Virus record (IMG/VR): IMGVR_UViG_3300011338_000175
Location: 1 to 38,076 of that record
Length of the DNA stretch: 38,076 nt
Direction: 5' to 3' (one strand)
DNA from: a virus
Taxonomy: Duplodnaviria; Caudoviricetes
The position numbers and the translations under genes were made by a program. Shown in pieces: positions 16,580-24,640 of this stretch (within the stretch, counting starts at the first letter, position 1; every line of letters starts with the position of its first letter). The notes beneath the pieces were generated by a model, which made no database searches, was not told where the DNA came from, and worked only from the letters and a program-made list of their open reading frames with translations.

Positions 16580-17162
16580 TCTTCTGTTCCTTAATTTCGT
16601 AAAGGTCTAGCCAGTTGTTCATTGTGCTGCGATCCAGAACCTCGGTTATGTTTTGGCCTTTAGCCTCAAATGCTACCAGCTTGTCGATAGCCTGATTGTA
16701 TGCGCGATCCGTCAAAGGCTTCTTGCGCTGATTACGCATATCTACCCAGCCCTGCCAAGCATCAACAGGAATGCACTCTGGCAGCTCCCGTCTTATATAC
16801 TTGGTGGTTAATTGATGTATCTTTGATGTATTGGGTGCATCTGGTGCACGGGTCTCATGCATTTCATGCACGGGTGTCATGTCTTTAGTGCACGGGTGCA
16901 TTTCATGCATGGGTATCTGAATCCAATACCTATTGCCCTTGCCGATCACTTCTTCGCGTCGAATAAACTTCATTTCTTCCAGCGATCTTATCGCCAGTTG
17001 AACAGCCCGTTTTTTCAATGATGATTTTTTTGCGACGCGCTCAATCGATGGCCAGCATAAACCTTCGTCGTTTGCCCAATCTGCTAAGGATAGCAGGACA
17101 AGCTTTTGTGTGGATGAAAGGTCTCCCCTCTCCCATACTGCTGTCATTAATTTGATGCTCAT
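16461..17162 (-). CDS. Replication initiator (lambda-O-like, N-terminal winged HTH)
   Basis: KLVLLSLADWANDEGLCWPSIERVA; internal iterons. Confidence 0.88.
   Translation of the reverse strand: MSIKLMTAVWERGDLSSTQKLVLLSLADWANDEGLCWPSIERVAKKSSLKKRAVQLAIRSLEEMKFIRREEVIGKGNRYWIQIPMHEMHPCTKDMTPVHEMHETRAPDAPNTSKIHQLTTKYIRRELPECIPVDAWQGWVDMRNQRKKPLTDRAYNQAIDKLVAFEAKGQNITEVLDRSTMNNWLDLYEIKEQKNGTTNRQHATEPTNPMVRAVLASQAKRSADGERFADDWA
16833..16913. repeat. Iterons, putative replication origin
   Basis: Four TGCA-N5-TGCA(C/T)GGG units at 16836, 16858, 16880 (degenerate), 16897. Confidence 0.8.
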
Positions 17163-17392
17163 GACATAAAGCCTTCAATTGGCTCGGCAGGGAGGCGCTT
17201 AAAATCTCCGCACCAGTCTTCAGGATCGACTTTAGGCCAAACAGCAAGTCCTGTTTCAATATCTCTATATGGAGAACGTTTTCTACACACCCAGTCATAA
17301 AAACGACAGTTTACGCAAATCCTTTCGATCTGCGTATCAATAGAAACACCTTGTTTTATAGGCGTAGAAATAGTAAGTGTTTTGCGTTTCAT
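17159..17392 (-). CDS. Small 4-Cys protein (HiPIP-like Cys spacing)
   Basis: CVNCRFY..C...WPKV...DWCGDF; AAGGAG RBS. Confidence 0.7.
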   Translation of the reverse strand: MKRKTLTISTPIKQGVSIDTQIERICVNCRFYDWVCRKRSPYRDIETGLAVWPKVDPEDWCGDFKRLPAEPIEGFMS

Positions 17393-17482
17393 GCGAAGCT
17401 CCTTTCGCGTGTGGGGCTGGATCGAGCGTTCTTCACTTCGCTCTCCAGCCCCTTCTTATAACTAAAAACATCAATAAGTAAA
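17393..17482 (-). promoter_or_regulatory. Promoter and structured leader of replication genes
   Basis: TTTACT-N16-TATAAG, then GGGGCTGGA..TCCAGCCCC hairpin and GCGAA-AGGAGC-TTCGC hairpin around the RBS. Confidence 0.55.
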
Positions 17483-17561
17483 ACATAATTTTGGCGACTG
17501 ATTGACCAGCCATACGTCATCAGCGTATCTTGCGCGGATTGGTACTCCTTACCGACGGACT

Positions 17562-17585
17562 GGGTGGCTTCGGTCACCCTTTTTT
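17562..17585 (+). terminator. Rho-independent terminator antisense to surrounding genes
   Basis: GGGTGGC-TTCG-GTCACCC-TTTTTT. Confidence 0.75.
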
Positions 17586-17929
17586 CATTTAGACTCACGA
17601 AGCTGGTGGTAAGGGAATAGCGCAATGAAGACAGCGCGGCGCAAAGGCCAATCCCTGACAACGACTCCCTTCACATCTTCGGTGATTGTGATACCGTTTT
17701 CGACATATTCAAAGTCTGATTTGTAACCAACGCGGCGACCATTGCCGTGCTTTAGCTGCCTGCCGTTGATGACGAACCAGTATTGCGGGTGAATCACTAG
17801 GTCACTGATAGCTCCAGCCGCTTGCAGATCGTGAAGCTCATTGCACCTGATAGCCTCCCGCTTGCTATCATGGGTGTGGCCAGCCCTGCACTGCGACTTG
17901 ACGGCGCGATATTTGCCGAAGCGTCTCAT
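17585..17929 (-). CDS. DUF1064-family putative endonuclease
   Basis: KYRAVK...DSKREA...YKSDFEY...EDVKG. Confidence 0.85.
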   Translation of the reverse strand: MRRFGKYRAVKSQCRAGHTHDSKREAIRCNELHDLQAAGAISDLVIHPQYWFVINGRQLKHGNGRRVGYKSDFEYVENGITITEDVKGVVVRDWPLRRAVFIALFPYHQLRESK

Positions 17930-18132
17930 GAGGCGGTTTTTTGCTCGACCAATCGGTTTAGTGCTTCATTAGCCAATAGCCATGCACCAAGCGTCGGCTC
18001 ATTGCGTTTGCTTTTCCAGTTGGACAGGGTGACGCGTGTCAGTCCAGCTTCGTTCGCTATCTGATAAGCCCTGATCTTGTGCGTCCTGGCAAGGTCATAA
18101 AACTCTGCAATCGCTTGGTCTACATTTGTCAT
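17926..18132 (-). CDS. Cro-like HTH regulator
   Basis: YQIANEAGLTRVTLSNWK; first gene of leftward operon. Confidence 0.8.
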   Translation of the reverse strand: MTNVDQAIAEFYDLARTHKIRAYQIANEAGLTRVTLSNWKSKRNEPTLGAWLLANEALNRLVEQKTAS

Positions 18133-18223
18133 TTTAAACTTTCTTTCGATTGATAATAAAAAACGCTTTTAATCTTTGGTGAATTGATTACAAGGGGTTT
18201 GGCAAATAAAAGGAGATACCACA
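18133..18223. promoter_or_regulatory. Divergent promoter region
   Basis: AT-rich gap; plus strand AAAAAACGC-TTTTAA-N16-TACAAG-GGG resembles the 15.8-kb promoter; AAGGAG RBS. Confidence 0.65.
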
Positions 18224-18784
18224 ATGCCAGTTCATAAAAAGATTAACGAAGCGCGGATTGCCTTTCACGCATTGCCGCTCAAAAAGTCCGGCCATAACAC
18301 GTTTGCTGGATACAAATATTTCGAGCTTTCCGACTTTGTGATTCCAGCCCTTCGCATCTTTAACGATGTCGGATTGTGCGCGATCATCAGCTTTTCTGAA
18401 ACCACAGCATCGATGCACATCGTTGATGTTGAGGATGGTAGCCAAGTTATCATTCACAGCCCAATGGGTTCAGCTAATCTCAAAGGCTGCCACGAGATTC
18501 AGAACATCGGCGCTTGTGAGACCTATTCCACCCGCTACCTTTGGACAGCAGCCCTTTGCATTGTCGAGCATGACGCATTGGACGCTACCACAGGCAAGAG
18601 CGAACCAGCTCCACGCATCAAGTTTATCAGCGACGAACAGTTTGCTGAATTGCAAGCCTTGGTAGATGCAACCAAGACTGACTTGGCTTTGCTCTGCAAG
18701 CATTACAAAATCACCGCACTCAAGGAATTGCAGGAAACCCGCTTCGATGCGGTTAAGGCTGCATTAGAAAAGAAGCTGGCATGA
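18224..18784 (+). CDS. erf: ERF-family single-strand annealing protein
   Basis: NTFAGYKYFELSD, QNIGACETYSTRY. Confidence 0.8.
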   Translation: MPVHKKINEARIAFHALPLKKSGHNTFAGYKYFELSDFVIPALRIFNDVGLCAIISFSETTASMHIVDVEDGSQVIIHSPMGSANLKGCHEIQNIGACETYSTRYLWTAALCIVEHDALDATTGKSEPAPRIKFISDEQFAELQALVDATKTDLALLCKHYKITALKELQETRFDAVKAALEKKLA

Positions 18785-19416
18785 CAGACGCAGCTATTAT
18801 CCAGAGGTCAGCCGAATGGTATGCAGCACGTTGCGGGAGCCTTGGCGCTTCCCAACTGGCAGACGCACTAGCCAAGACCAAATCAGGTTGGGGAGCGTCA
18901 CGCGCTAACCTTCGCGCCACGCTTGTAGTCGAACGGCTCACAGGCCAGCAGGAAGAGGGCTTTGTTCGCAGTGCAGCTATGCAGTGGGGAATTGACAAGG
19001 AAGAAGAAGCGCGTATCGCCTACAGCTTCATTACGGGCCACGATGTCACTGAGGTAGGGCTGTATAAGCACCCGACCATTATTGGCTCTCACGCCAGCCC
19101 TGACGGGCTTGTGGGCGATGATGGCTGCCTAGAAATAAAATGTCCCAACAGCAGCACACACATAGAAGTGCTCAAAACGAATCAAATTGCACACAAATAT
19201 CTGCTCCAAATGCAATGGCAGATGGCTTGCGCTGATAGGCAATGGTGCGATTTCGTGAGCTTCGATCCGCGGATGCCAGACCATCTTATGCTTTACATCC
19301 AGCGAGTGCAGCGCGACAACGATATGCTGGCTATCTTGGAATCAGAGGTTGCCGCATTTCTTGTAGAAGTCGATGAAGACGTAAAAGCGTTATCAAAACT
19401 AGGAGACCAATCATGA
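18781..19416 (+). CDS. YqaJ/lambda-exonuclease family protein
   Basis: QRSAEWYAAR, ASPDGLV, LEIKCP, QMQWQM. Confidence 0.93.
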   Translation: MTDAAIIQRSAEWYAARCGSLGASQLADALAKTKSGWGASRANLRATLVVERLTGQQEEGFVRSAAMQWGIDKEEEARIAYSFITGHDVTEVGLYKHPTIIGSHASPDGLVGDDGCLEIKCPNSSTHIEVLKTNQIAHKYLLQMQWQMACADRQWCDFVSFDPRMPDHLMLYIQRVQRDNDMLAILESEVAAFLVEVDEDVKALSKLGDQS

Positions 19417-19634
19417 CACAGAACGACAGAATTTTAGACCACTTGAAAACCGTTGGAACAATCCGCCCAATGACAGCATGGAACGACCTTGGCATCTATC
19501 GCCTTGCCTCGCGGATTAACGATCTGCGAAAGGCTGGGCATAAGATCAACACCAAGAAGATTGAAGTGGTCAATCGCTGGGGTGAATCCACCTATATCGC
19601 TGAGTATAGCCTGGAACTTGAAGATGCTGCCTAA
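19413..19634 (+). CDS. Small winged-HTH protein
   Basis: GIYRLASRINDLRKAGHKI. Confidence 0.8.
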   Translation: MTQNDRILDHLKTVGTIRPMTAWNDLGIYRLASRINDLRKAGHKINTKKIEVVNRWGESTYIAEYSLELEDAA

Positions 19635-19956
19635 TCGCATCGCCAAGAAGCCAAAGCGAACTGCACGGTGGCGCTCACAGGGACATTTGAACTTCATTCG
19701 TTCGTTCCATTGTTCCATCAAGGGATGTGAGCAGATGCCTATCGAATGCGCTCATGTTCGTAATGGTAGCGGTGCAGGGATGGGACAAAAGCCAGACGAT
19801 TGGAGAGTAGTCCCATTATGCCGCGAACATCACACCCAGCAGCATACAGTCGGTGAGCAGACCTTTTGGAAAGGTGTTGACATTGAGGCTTTGATTGAAG
19901 CGTTTTGCAAAGCCAGTCCAAAGGCGCGTGAGATCAAAGAGGCTCAAGACAAGTGA
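19624..19956 (+). CDS. Putative HNH-like Zn nuclease (DUF968-like)
   Basis: CSIKGC...AHVR...VPLCREHH; ATG 19624. Confidence 0.75.
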   Translation: MLPNRIAKKPKRTARWRSQGHLNFIRSFHCSIKGCEQMPIECAHVRNGSGAGMGQKPDDWRVVPLCREHHTQQHTVGEQTFWKGVDIEALIEAFCKASPKAREIKEAQDK

Positions 19957-20333
19957 CGCAAACAGTCTGGCTTCGTGGTGAATATCAAAGGAGATTGGCT
20001 CACCAGTTAATCGACAAGGCTCCACAGGATGCAGTAGTTAAGATCAGCGCAGCCAAGCGCAGTGACGATCAGAACTCAAAGATGTGGGCCATGCTGTCAG
20101 ACATTAGTCGGGCTGCACCAGAGGATAGGCATCACATACCAGAAGTTTGGAAGTGCATATTTATGGCAGCATTAGGGCATGAAGTGATGTTCACAATGGG
20201 CCTAAACGACCAGCCTTTCCCAGTAGGCTTTAAGACATCAAAGCTAACTAAGGCTCAGATGTCAGATTTAATCGAGTTTGTGTATGCGTATGGGGCGCAA
20301 CATAACGTACAATGGAGTGAAGAACATGAGTGA
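19953..20333 (+). CDS. ninB: NinB/Orf recombination protein
   Basis: [17 protein letters not shown]...[14 protein letters not shown]. Confidence 0.88.
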   Translation: MTQTVWLRGEYQRRLAHQLIDKAPQDAVVKISAAKRSDDQNSKMWAMLSDISRAAPEDRHHIPEVWKCIFMAALGHEVMFTMGLNDQPFPVGFKTSKLTKAQMSDLIEFVYAYGAQHNVQWSEEHE

Positions 20334-20559
20334 ACCAAATAGCGACCAACTGCGCCTTTTGATTGAGCGTATCGAACGCTTGAACGAAGAAAAAAAAGGC
20401 ATCAGCGATGATATTCGTGATGTCTTTAATGAAGCAAAAGCTATGGGTTATGATACTAAAATCATGCGTCCTGTCATTCGCCTACGGGCAATGAAAGACC
20501 ATGACCGCGCAGAATATCAAGCTATTCTCGACACATACATGACCGCTTTAGGACTATAG
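20326..20559 (+). CDS. gapR: GapR/DUF2312 nucleoid-associated protein homolog
   Basis: [36 protein letters not shown]. Confidence 0.88.
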   Translation: MSEPNSDQLRLLIERIERLNEEKKGISDDIRDVFNEAKAMGYDTKIMRPVIRLRAMKDHDRAEYQAILDTYMTALGL

Positions 20560-20569
20560 GAGAATATTT

Positions 20570-20947
20570 ATGCAGTTAATTACAATTTCAGGCAATGTCG
20601 GCAAGGATGCTGAGTTGCGCGACACCCGCGACAGCAAGGTTCTGAGCTTCAACGTTGGCGTTAAGAACGGATTCGGAAAGGATGCTGGCAGCGTTTGGTA
20701 TCGGTGCAGCTTGTGGGGCAAGGCAGCAGAAGCGTTTGCTGGCAGTCTGAAGAAAGGCACTAAGGTCTTTATCTCTGGCGACCTGACGCATGATGAATAC
20801 GAAGGTAAGCCACAGTTTAACGTGCGCGTCGGTAGCATCGACACTGCGCCTCGATCTGAAGCTGGTGCAAGCCAAGTAAGTAATTCACATAGTCAGAACC
20901 AGCATACTACGTATGATGATGATCTAGACGATTCAGTTCCATTCTAA
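20570..20947 (+). CDS. ssb: Single-stranded DNA-binding protein
   Basis: GNVGKDAELR OB fold; acidic DDDLDDSVPF tail. Confidence 0.93.
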   Translation: MQLITISGNVGKDAELRDTRDSKVLSFNVGVKNGFGKDAGSVWYRCSLWGKAAEAFAGSLKKGTKVFISGDLTHDEYEGKPQFNVRVGSIDTAPRSEAGASQVSNSHSQNQHTTYDDDLDDSVPF

Positions 20948-20957
20948 GGATGCAGCC

Positions 20958-21191
20958 ATGTCAATTAAAACTCGCAACGAACTGCCGACACGATCCAGAA
21001 ACATTCTTCCACCTTCTGATTATCTAGAGGCTAAGAACACTGCGATCCATGAAAGGATTGCTGAAAGTAGCCGACAGCTACTAAAGGCACAGCTTCAAGC
21101 TGGTCAGCATGTGCTTACGAAGGAATCATTTGTCGGCATAGCTAAGAAATATGGCTGGCAATACGCGCTTCTACAACATTCCTGGCTGTAA
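20958..21191 (+). CDS. Hypothetical protein
   Basis: 77 aa, AAGGA RBS, followed by terminator. Confidence 0.7.
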   Translation: MSIKTRNELPTRSRNILPPSDYLEAKNTAIHERIAESSRQLLKAQLQAGQHVLTKESFVGIAKKYGWQYALLQHSWL

Positions 21192-21194
21192 GAG

Positions 21195-21234
21195 ATGGCG
21201 GGTGGCAATACGCTTCCCGCCATTATTTTTGTTT
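21195..21234 (+). terminator. Rho-independent terminator of recombination operon
   Basis: ATGGCGGG...CCCGCCAT then TATTTTTGTTT. Confidence 0.75.
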
Positions 21235-21237
21235 GTG

Positions 21238-21326
21238 ATGAAAAAAGTTGTTTACATATGATAAATGGCTTTTTATAAGAGGGCATCAGCAAGGGAATAA
21301 TCCCGCCATTAAGGAGACTGATTATG
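21238..21326 (+). promoter_or_regulatory. Early promoter-leader-RBS unit, right copy
   Basis: TTTACA(21251)-N17-TATAAG(21274); 57-bp core differs from reverse complement of 15796..15852 at 3 positions. Confidence 0.85.
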
Positions 21327-21470
21327 TTTAAGATTCAAATCCGCAGCAACGGCAACATGATTGACTACAGCGAACAGCGGTTTAGCACCCGCAAGGATGC
21401 TCAGAAAGTTCTCTGTCAAGATTACGTTGCCAAGAAGATTTGGGCAGATATGCGGGTGGTAGCAGCATGA
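21324..21470 (+). CDS. 48-aa early protein (not in ORF track)
   Basis: MFKIQIRSNGNMIDYSEQRFSTRKDAQKVLCQDYVAKKIWADMRVVAA; strong RBS; ATGA overlap. Confidence 0.75.
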   Translation: MFKIQIRSNGNMIDYSEQRFSTRKDAQKVLCQDYVAKKIWADMRVVAA

Positions 21471-21760
21471 GCGCGAACATTAACGAACTAGCCCAAGCTG
21501 CGATTGACGCGCTGACTGCTATCAATGCCATCCACAAGGATTGGATTGAGCAATTAAAGCTCAAGAGCGGCCACGGCCAATATATCAGCAACCGCCCAGA
21601 GATTGCAGAACATCTGCACATGGAGTTGCTTGAGGTCATTACCGACTTTGATTGCGATCCAATGGGAACGCTTGCAGAGTTCGAGCTGCACGTTCTTGAC
21701 GAGCCAGACGATTATGATGGCGGACGTTTTGATTATTTAACTTCAAGGGGGGTAAAATGA
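21467..21760 (+). CDS. Hypothetical early protein, paralog of 15090..15392
   Basis: Shared motifs with 15090..15392; ATGA-coupled start. Confidence 0.8.
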   Translation: MSANINELAQAAIDALTAINAIHKDWIEQLKLKSGHGQYISNRPEIAEHLHMELLEVITDFDCDPMGTLAEFELHVLDEPDDYDGGRFDYLTSRGVK

Positions 21761-21846
21761 CTAAATTATCAAAGACTCAATTCTGGCTGACCGTAATATG
21801 GTTAACAGTAATGATAACAATGTTTGCAACGGAGAGGACATTCTAA
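21757..21846 (+). CDS. 29-aa single-TM peptide
   Basis: MTKLSKTQFWLTVIWLTVMITMFATERTF; ATGA overlap, GGGGGG RBS. Confidence 0.55.
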   Translation: MTKLSKTQFWLTVIWLTVMITMFATERTF

Positions 21847-21847
21847 A

Positions 21848-22036
21848 ATGACATTGATCGAACTTAGAAACATCGTCGCGGATCATGTTCAAATGATGCA
21901 CGGCAATCCAGAATTTATCCGCCAAATCAGAGATGGTGAGCAGGATGATGGCCCATTCATAACAGGCGCTTTAGCAGTATGGGCAAAGTTTATGGAAGGC
22001 TTGCAGCCAGCGCCAGAGGTGCTTGCAGATGATTAG
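21848..22036 (+). CDS. Hypothetical protein (62 aa)
   Basis: GAGGA RBS; IRQIRDGEQDDGPF. Confidence 0.7.
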   Translation: MTLIELRNIVADHVQMMHGNPEFIRQIRDGEQDDGPFITGALAVWAKFMEGLQPAPEVLADD

Positions 22037-22166
22037 TCCCGCACAAGCAGCGCCGCTGCGTATGAGACACCGTGTATCGTCGGATGATGCTTGGCCATTA
22101 CGAGGCATAGATGGAAAAACATTTGCTGAACGATTTGCTAAAAAGAAAAAGGATCAGCGCAAATGA
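22029..22166 (+). CDS. 45-aa basic peptide
   Basis: MISPAQAAPLRMRHRVSSDDAWPLRGIDGKTFAERFAKKKKDQRK; GAGGT RBS. Confidence 0.6.
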   Translation: MISPAQAAPLRMRHRVSSDDAWPLRGIDGKTFAERFAKKKKDQRK

Positions 22167-22249
22167 AGCTGTTCATACTGTTTACCTTTATCATAGGCGC
22201 AGCTTATATATGTGGGCAGGATAACGGGAACCATCCTCGCCAGAGATAA
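22163..22249 (+). CDS. 28-aa hydrophobic peptide
   Basis: MKLFILFTFIIGAAYICGQDNGNHPRQR; ATGA overlap. Confidence 0.45.
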   Translation: MKLFILFTFIIGAAYICGQDNGNHPRQR

Positions 22250-22268
22250 GTTCACTTTTCTAACAACA

Positions 22269-22309
22269 ATATCCCGCAAACTGGCTTATGGCTTTCGTTT
22301 GCGGGATAT
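22269..22309. terminator. 13-bp perfect hairpin between convergent operons
   Basis: ATATCCCGCAAAC-N15-GTTTGCGGGATAT; no clear U-tract. Confidence 0.6.
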
Positions 22310-22324
22310 GCACATCAAACAAAA

Positions 22325-23503
22325 TTAAGCTACTTCTAGCATTTCGGTGGTAATCATTACCCGCCCTACAGCCCCATATTTTTTATGATACGTTATAGCC
22401 CATGCCGCCCTATCTGCTATCCAGCCGCCACGGGCGGCATAAGCGTCCCTTGCAGCAAGAGTTGGATGCTGGACTACTGTAACCCCATTGTATTCTTTTT
22501 CGTCCCTGTGGTGGCGGTGTCCGCAATGTATCTCACGGCGAGTAGTCCTGCCCCATTCTTGTGGAAACTGTGCTGCAAATAAAAGCGGTAAGCTTTCATT
22601 CTTCACCTTGTGACCATGATGAACGCCAAGCATAGTAGCGCCCCATTCAAAAACGTAAAATGGCAAAACGCTATCACTGACAGTAATGCGGTGTTCTTCT
22701 TCGTAATGCACCGCAAACAGGTCTGACAGCCAGCCAGCACTTTCTTCGTCGTGATTGCCTTCTGCAATAATTAAATGCACTTCTTGGTGGCGCTCTAATG
22801 ACATTGCTACCAATGAACGAATAACGCGAATAGCTGACTTGCGAAGTTTAGGAAAACGAGTGTCAGCATCTAAAACATGGCGAGACACTGGAGTCACGGG
22901 TATCTTGCCATCTGTGTGGAGAAAGTCTCCTTGGATGTTCAACACTGCCGTGTGAGCCTTTGGGCTTTGGTTTATCATTTGCGCTAAAGCAGCAACAATA
23001 GTTTTTTCTGCAATAGACACATTCCAATCACTGCCACCCTCCTTATGCCACGCCAGCATTCCAAGATGGTAGTCAGTGAACGTGTAGAGGTTGCATAGAT
23101 GCTCCTCACAGCCCTGTGGGGCAACGATAGGGCTTGCTGGGTCTATTTGATCCTTAAAGCCTTCAACAGCCTCCTGCAGGGCTTCCACGAGCGCCTCATG
23201 CGTCAATGATGCCTTTACCCATTGACCAGATGGTTTGCCTTCAGAGTTATAGTAGGTGGACACGCCTTTTGTGACGTAGCCGTTTGGCACGGGTCGAGTG
23301 AAATCATGCTCTGGTGCATACCCCTGCAACGCCGCCTTCTTCTTAACTGCGACATGGGCATCACTGGCTGCACCATGATTAATGCCTAACGCGATTGATG
23401 CAGCCTTAGCACTGCCATATAGGTTTATTGCCTCAAGCAATTCACGTTGACGGGGCGTGGCGTATGCAAACAAGCCCTCGTCTATTTTTAGGGAAGCAAC
23501 CAT
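22325..23503 (-). CDS. Calcineurin-like metallophosphoesterase with N-terminal HTH-like region
   Basis: TDYHLG, GDFLH, GNHD, HHGH, GHRHH. Confidence 0.85.
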   Translation of the reverse strand: MVASLKIDEGLFAYATPRQRELLEAINLYGSAKAASIALGINHGAASDAHVAVKKKAALQGYAPEHDFTRPVPNGYVTKGVSTYYNSEGKPSGQWVKASLTHEALVEALQEAVEGFKDQIDPASPIVAPQGCEEHLCNLYTFTDYHLGMLAWHKEGGSDWNVSIAEKTIVAALAQMINQSPKAHTAVLNIQGDFLHTDGKIPVTPVSRHVLDADTRFPKLRKSAIRVIRSLVAMSLERHQEVHLIIAEGNHDEESAGWLSDLFAVHYEEEHRITVSDSVLPFYVFEWGATMLGVHHGHKVKNESLPLLFAAQFPQEWGRTTRREIHCGHRHHRDEKEYNGVTVVQHPTLAARDAYAARGGWIADRAAWAITYHKKYGAVGRVMITTEMLEVA

Positions 23504-23712
23504 TATTTGCCTTTCGGACAATCAGCCTCGCATAAGCAAATAAATACGCCATTGTGCAGCTCGACTTCCGCTACCGTTTCAGGAGTGTCTTGCTTTGCGT
23601 CATAGGTAATGGGCTTCGCAATAGCACAATAGCTATTTACGGGAACGGTCGAAACGGTCGCGCAGCCGTTCAGTGCGCTCAGGATCAGGGACGATAATAG
23701 CAGCTTCGCCAA
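23503..23712 (-). CDS. Putative o-spanin (Rz1-like lipoprotein)
   Basis: TTG start, LLLSSLILSALNGC lipobox, overlaps i-spanin. Confidence 0.65.
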   Translation of the reverse strand: MAKLLLSSLILSALNGCATVSTVPVNSYCAIAKPITYDAKQDTPETVAEVELHNGVFICLCEADCPKGK

Positions 23713-23845
23713 GTTCGATTTGCCGATTAATCTCATCGTTCGCTTCCTTGATAGTTTCCTGACGCCCCTGCTGCTTCCAACGATGCTCTGCCCAAGCTCC
23801 AAAGATCTTGTCCAGAACACTCAGCAAGAGCGTCAGAAACTTCAT
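23633..23845 (-). CDS. Putative i-spanin (Rz-like)
   Basis: N-terminal hydrophobic stretch, helical body, lysis cassette. Confidence 0.6.
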   Translation of the reverse strand: MKFLTLLLSVLDKIFGAWAEHRWKQQGRQETIKEANDEINRQIELGEAAIIVPDPERTERLRDRFDRSRK

Positions 23846-24027
23846 TACTCTGCGGACTCTACTACTGACTGCTTGCTTATTACTGACCATACAGCAACGC
23901 CGATGGTTGCTATTGCACCAGCCAATGCTTCAGCCGTTGCACCGTCAATAAGACCTTTTCCTGCCAGATAGCCAAAGCCAGCCGCAGCAAGTGTACGAAC
24001 GATTCCAAATAATTGTTCTTTATTCAT
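23845..24027 (-). CDS. Putative holin (2 TM, 60 aa)
   Basis: GIVRTLAAAGFGYLAGKG...VAVWSVISK; AAGGA RBS. Confidence 0.75.
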   Translation of the reverse strand: MNKEQLFGIVRTLAAAGFGYLAGKGLIDGATAEALAGAIATIGVAVWSVISKQSVVESAE

Positions 24028-24028
24028 G

Positions 24029-24421
24029 TTACTTTCCTTTCGGATAAAAAGCCCAAGGTAATTCCCAATGTGGGCCATCCTTGAACGCACGCCAATCACC
24101 GCCCCATTGAAGCGGAACTTTCTCATCTGCCGAAGCAGCTTTTACAATCTTAGCTAGACGATGGTAAAGTGGCCAATCCCAGGACACCTTGCCATCAATA
24201 AGCGGAGCAAGATCGACTGCGTGTCCAGTAAGGTGCCGAGACTTCATTGTCCTCGATGCGCCCTCTGCAACCAATTTACGCTGCCGTTCAAGAGTGCGAA
24301 GACCTTCAAGCACAGTAAAGTCTAAGTCAGATATTGCCGCTGCTTGCTTTACAACGCGCACTAGATCAGGATGGACACCCTCAAGCCGTGAAAGGCTGCG
24401 TTGACCAAGAATTATACTCAT
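24029..24421 (-). CDS. Endolysin, M15 (L-Ala-D-Glu-type) peptidase
   Basis: EGLRT...SRHLTGHAVD...WGGDW...DGPHWEL. Confidence 0.92.
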   Translation of the reverse strand: MSIILGQRSLSRLEGVHPDLVRVVKQAAAISDLDFTVLEGLRTLERQRKLVAEGASRTMKSRHLTGHAVDLAPLIDGKVSWDWPLYHRLAKIVKAASADEKVPLQWGGDWRAFKDGPHWELPWAFYPKGK

Positions 24422-24600
24422 GGAGTACCTTTGAGTAAGATGCTTAACAAGATGCCAATTAGCAGCATAATGATAGTGCCACAAGCCGTGATGCCAATAC
24501 TCTCTAGGCGCTTCATCCTGGCGCAGATGCTTTCGTATCTAAAAGCGCAGACTTCTTCATGGGTGTTGAGTTGAGCCTGTGTTCTGTCAATCGTGTTCAT
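24418..24600 (-). CDS. Small coiled-coil plus TM protein of the lysis cassette
   Basis: HEEVCAFRY...C-terminal hydrophobic helix. Confidence 0.7.
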   Translation of the reverse strand: MNTIDRTQAQLNTHEEVCAFRYESICARMKRLESIGITACGTIIMLLIGILLSILLKGTP

Positions 24601-24640
24601 GTTGTCTCACTCATTTTTGCAGTATAGCAATCGTGTTACA

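Noticed and set aside
16833-16913. CRISPR-like repeat array
   Set aside because: Units are short with 4-9 bp gaps inside the initiator gene, which fits iterons
17389-17661. 90-aa minus-strand ORF
   Set aside because: Overlaps DUF1064 and runs through promoter, hairpins and terminator; no convincing RBS
21195-21311. Attenuator from TCCCGCCATTA shared by terminator and leader
   Set aside because: Only 11 nt, and the leader has its own promoter downstream of the terminator; insufficient support
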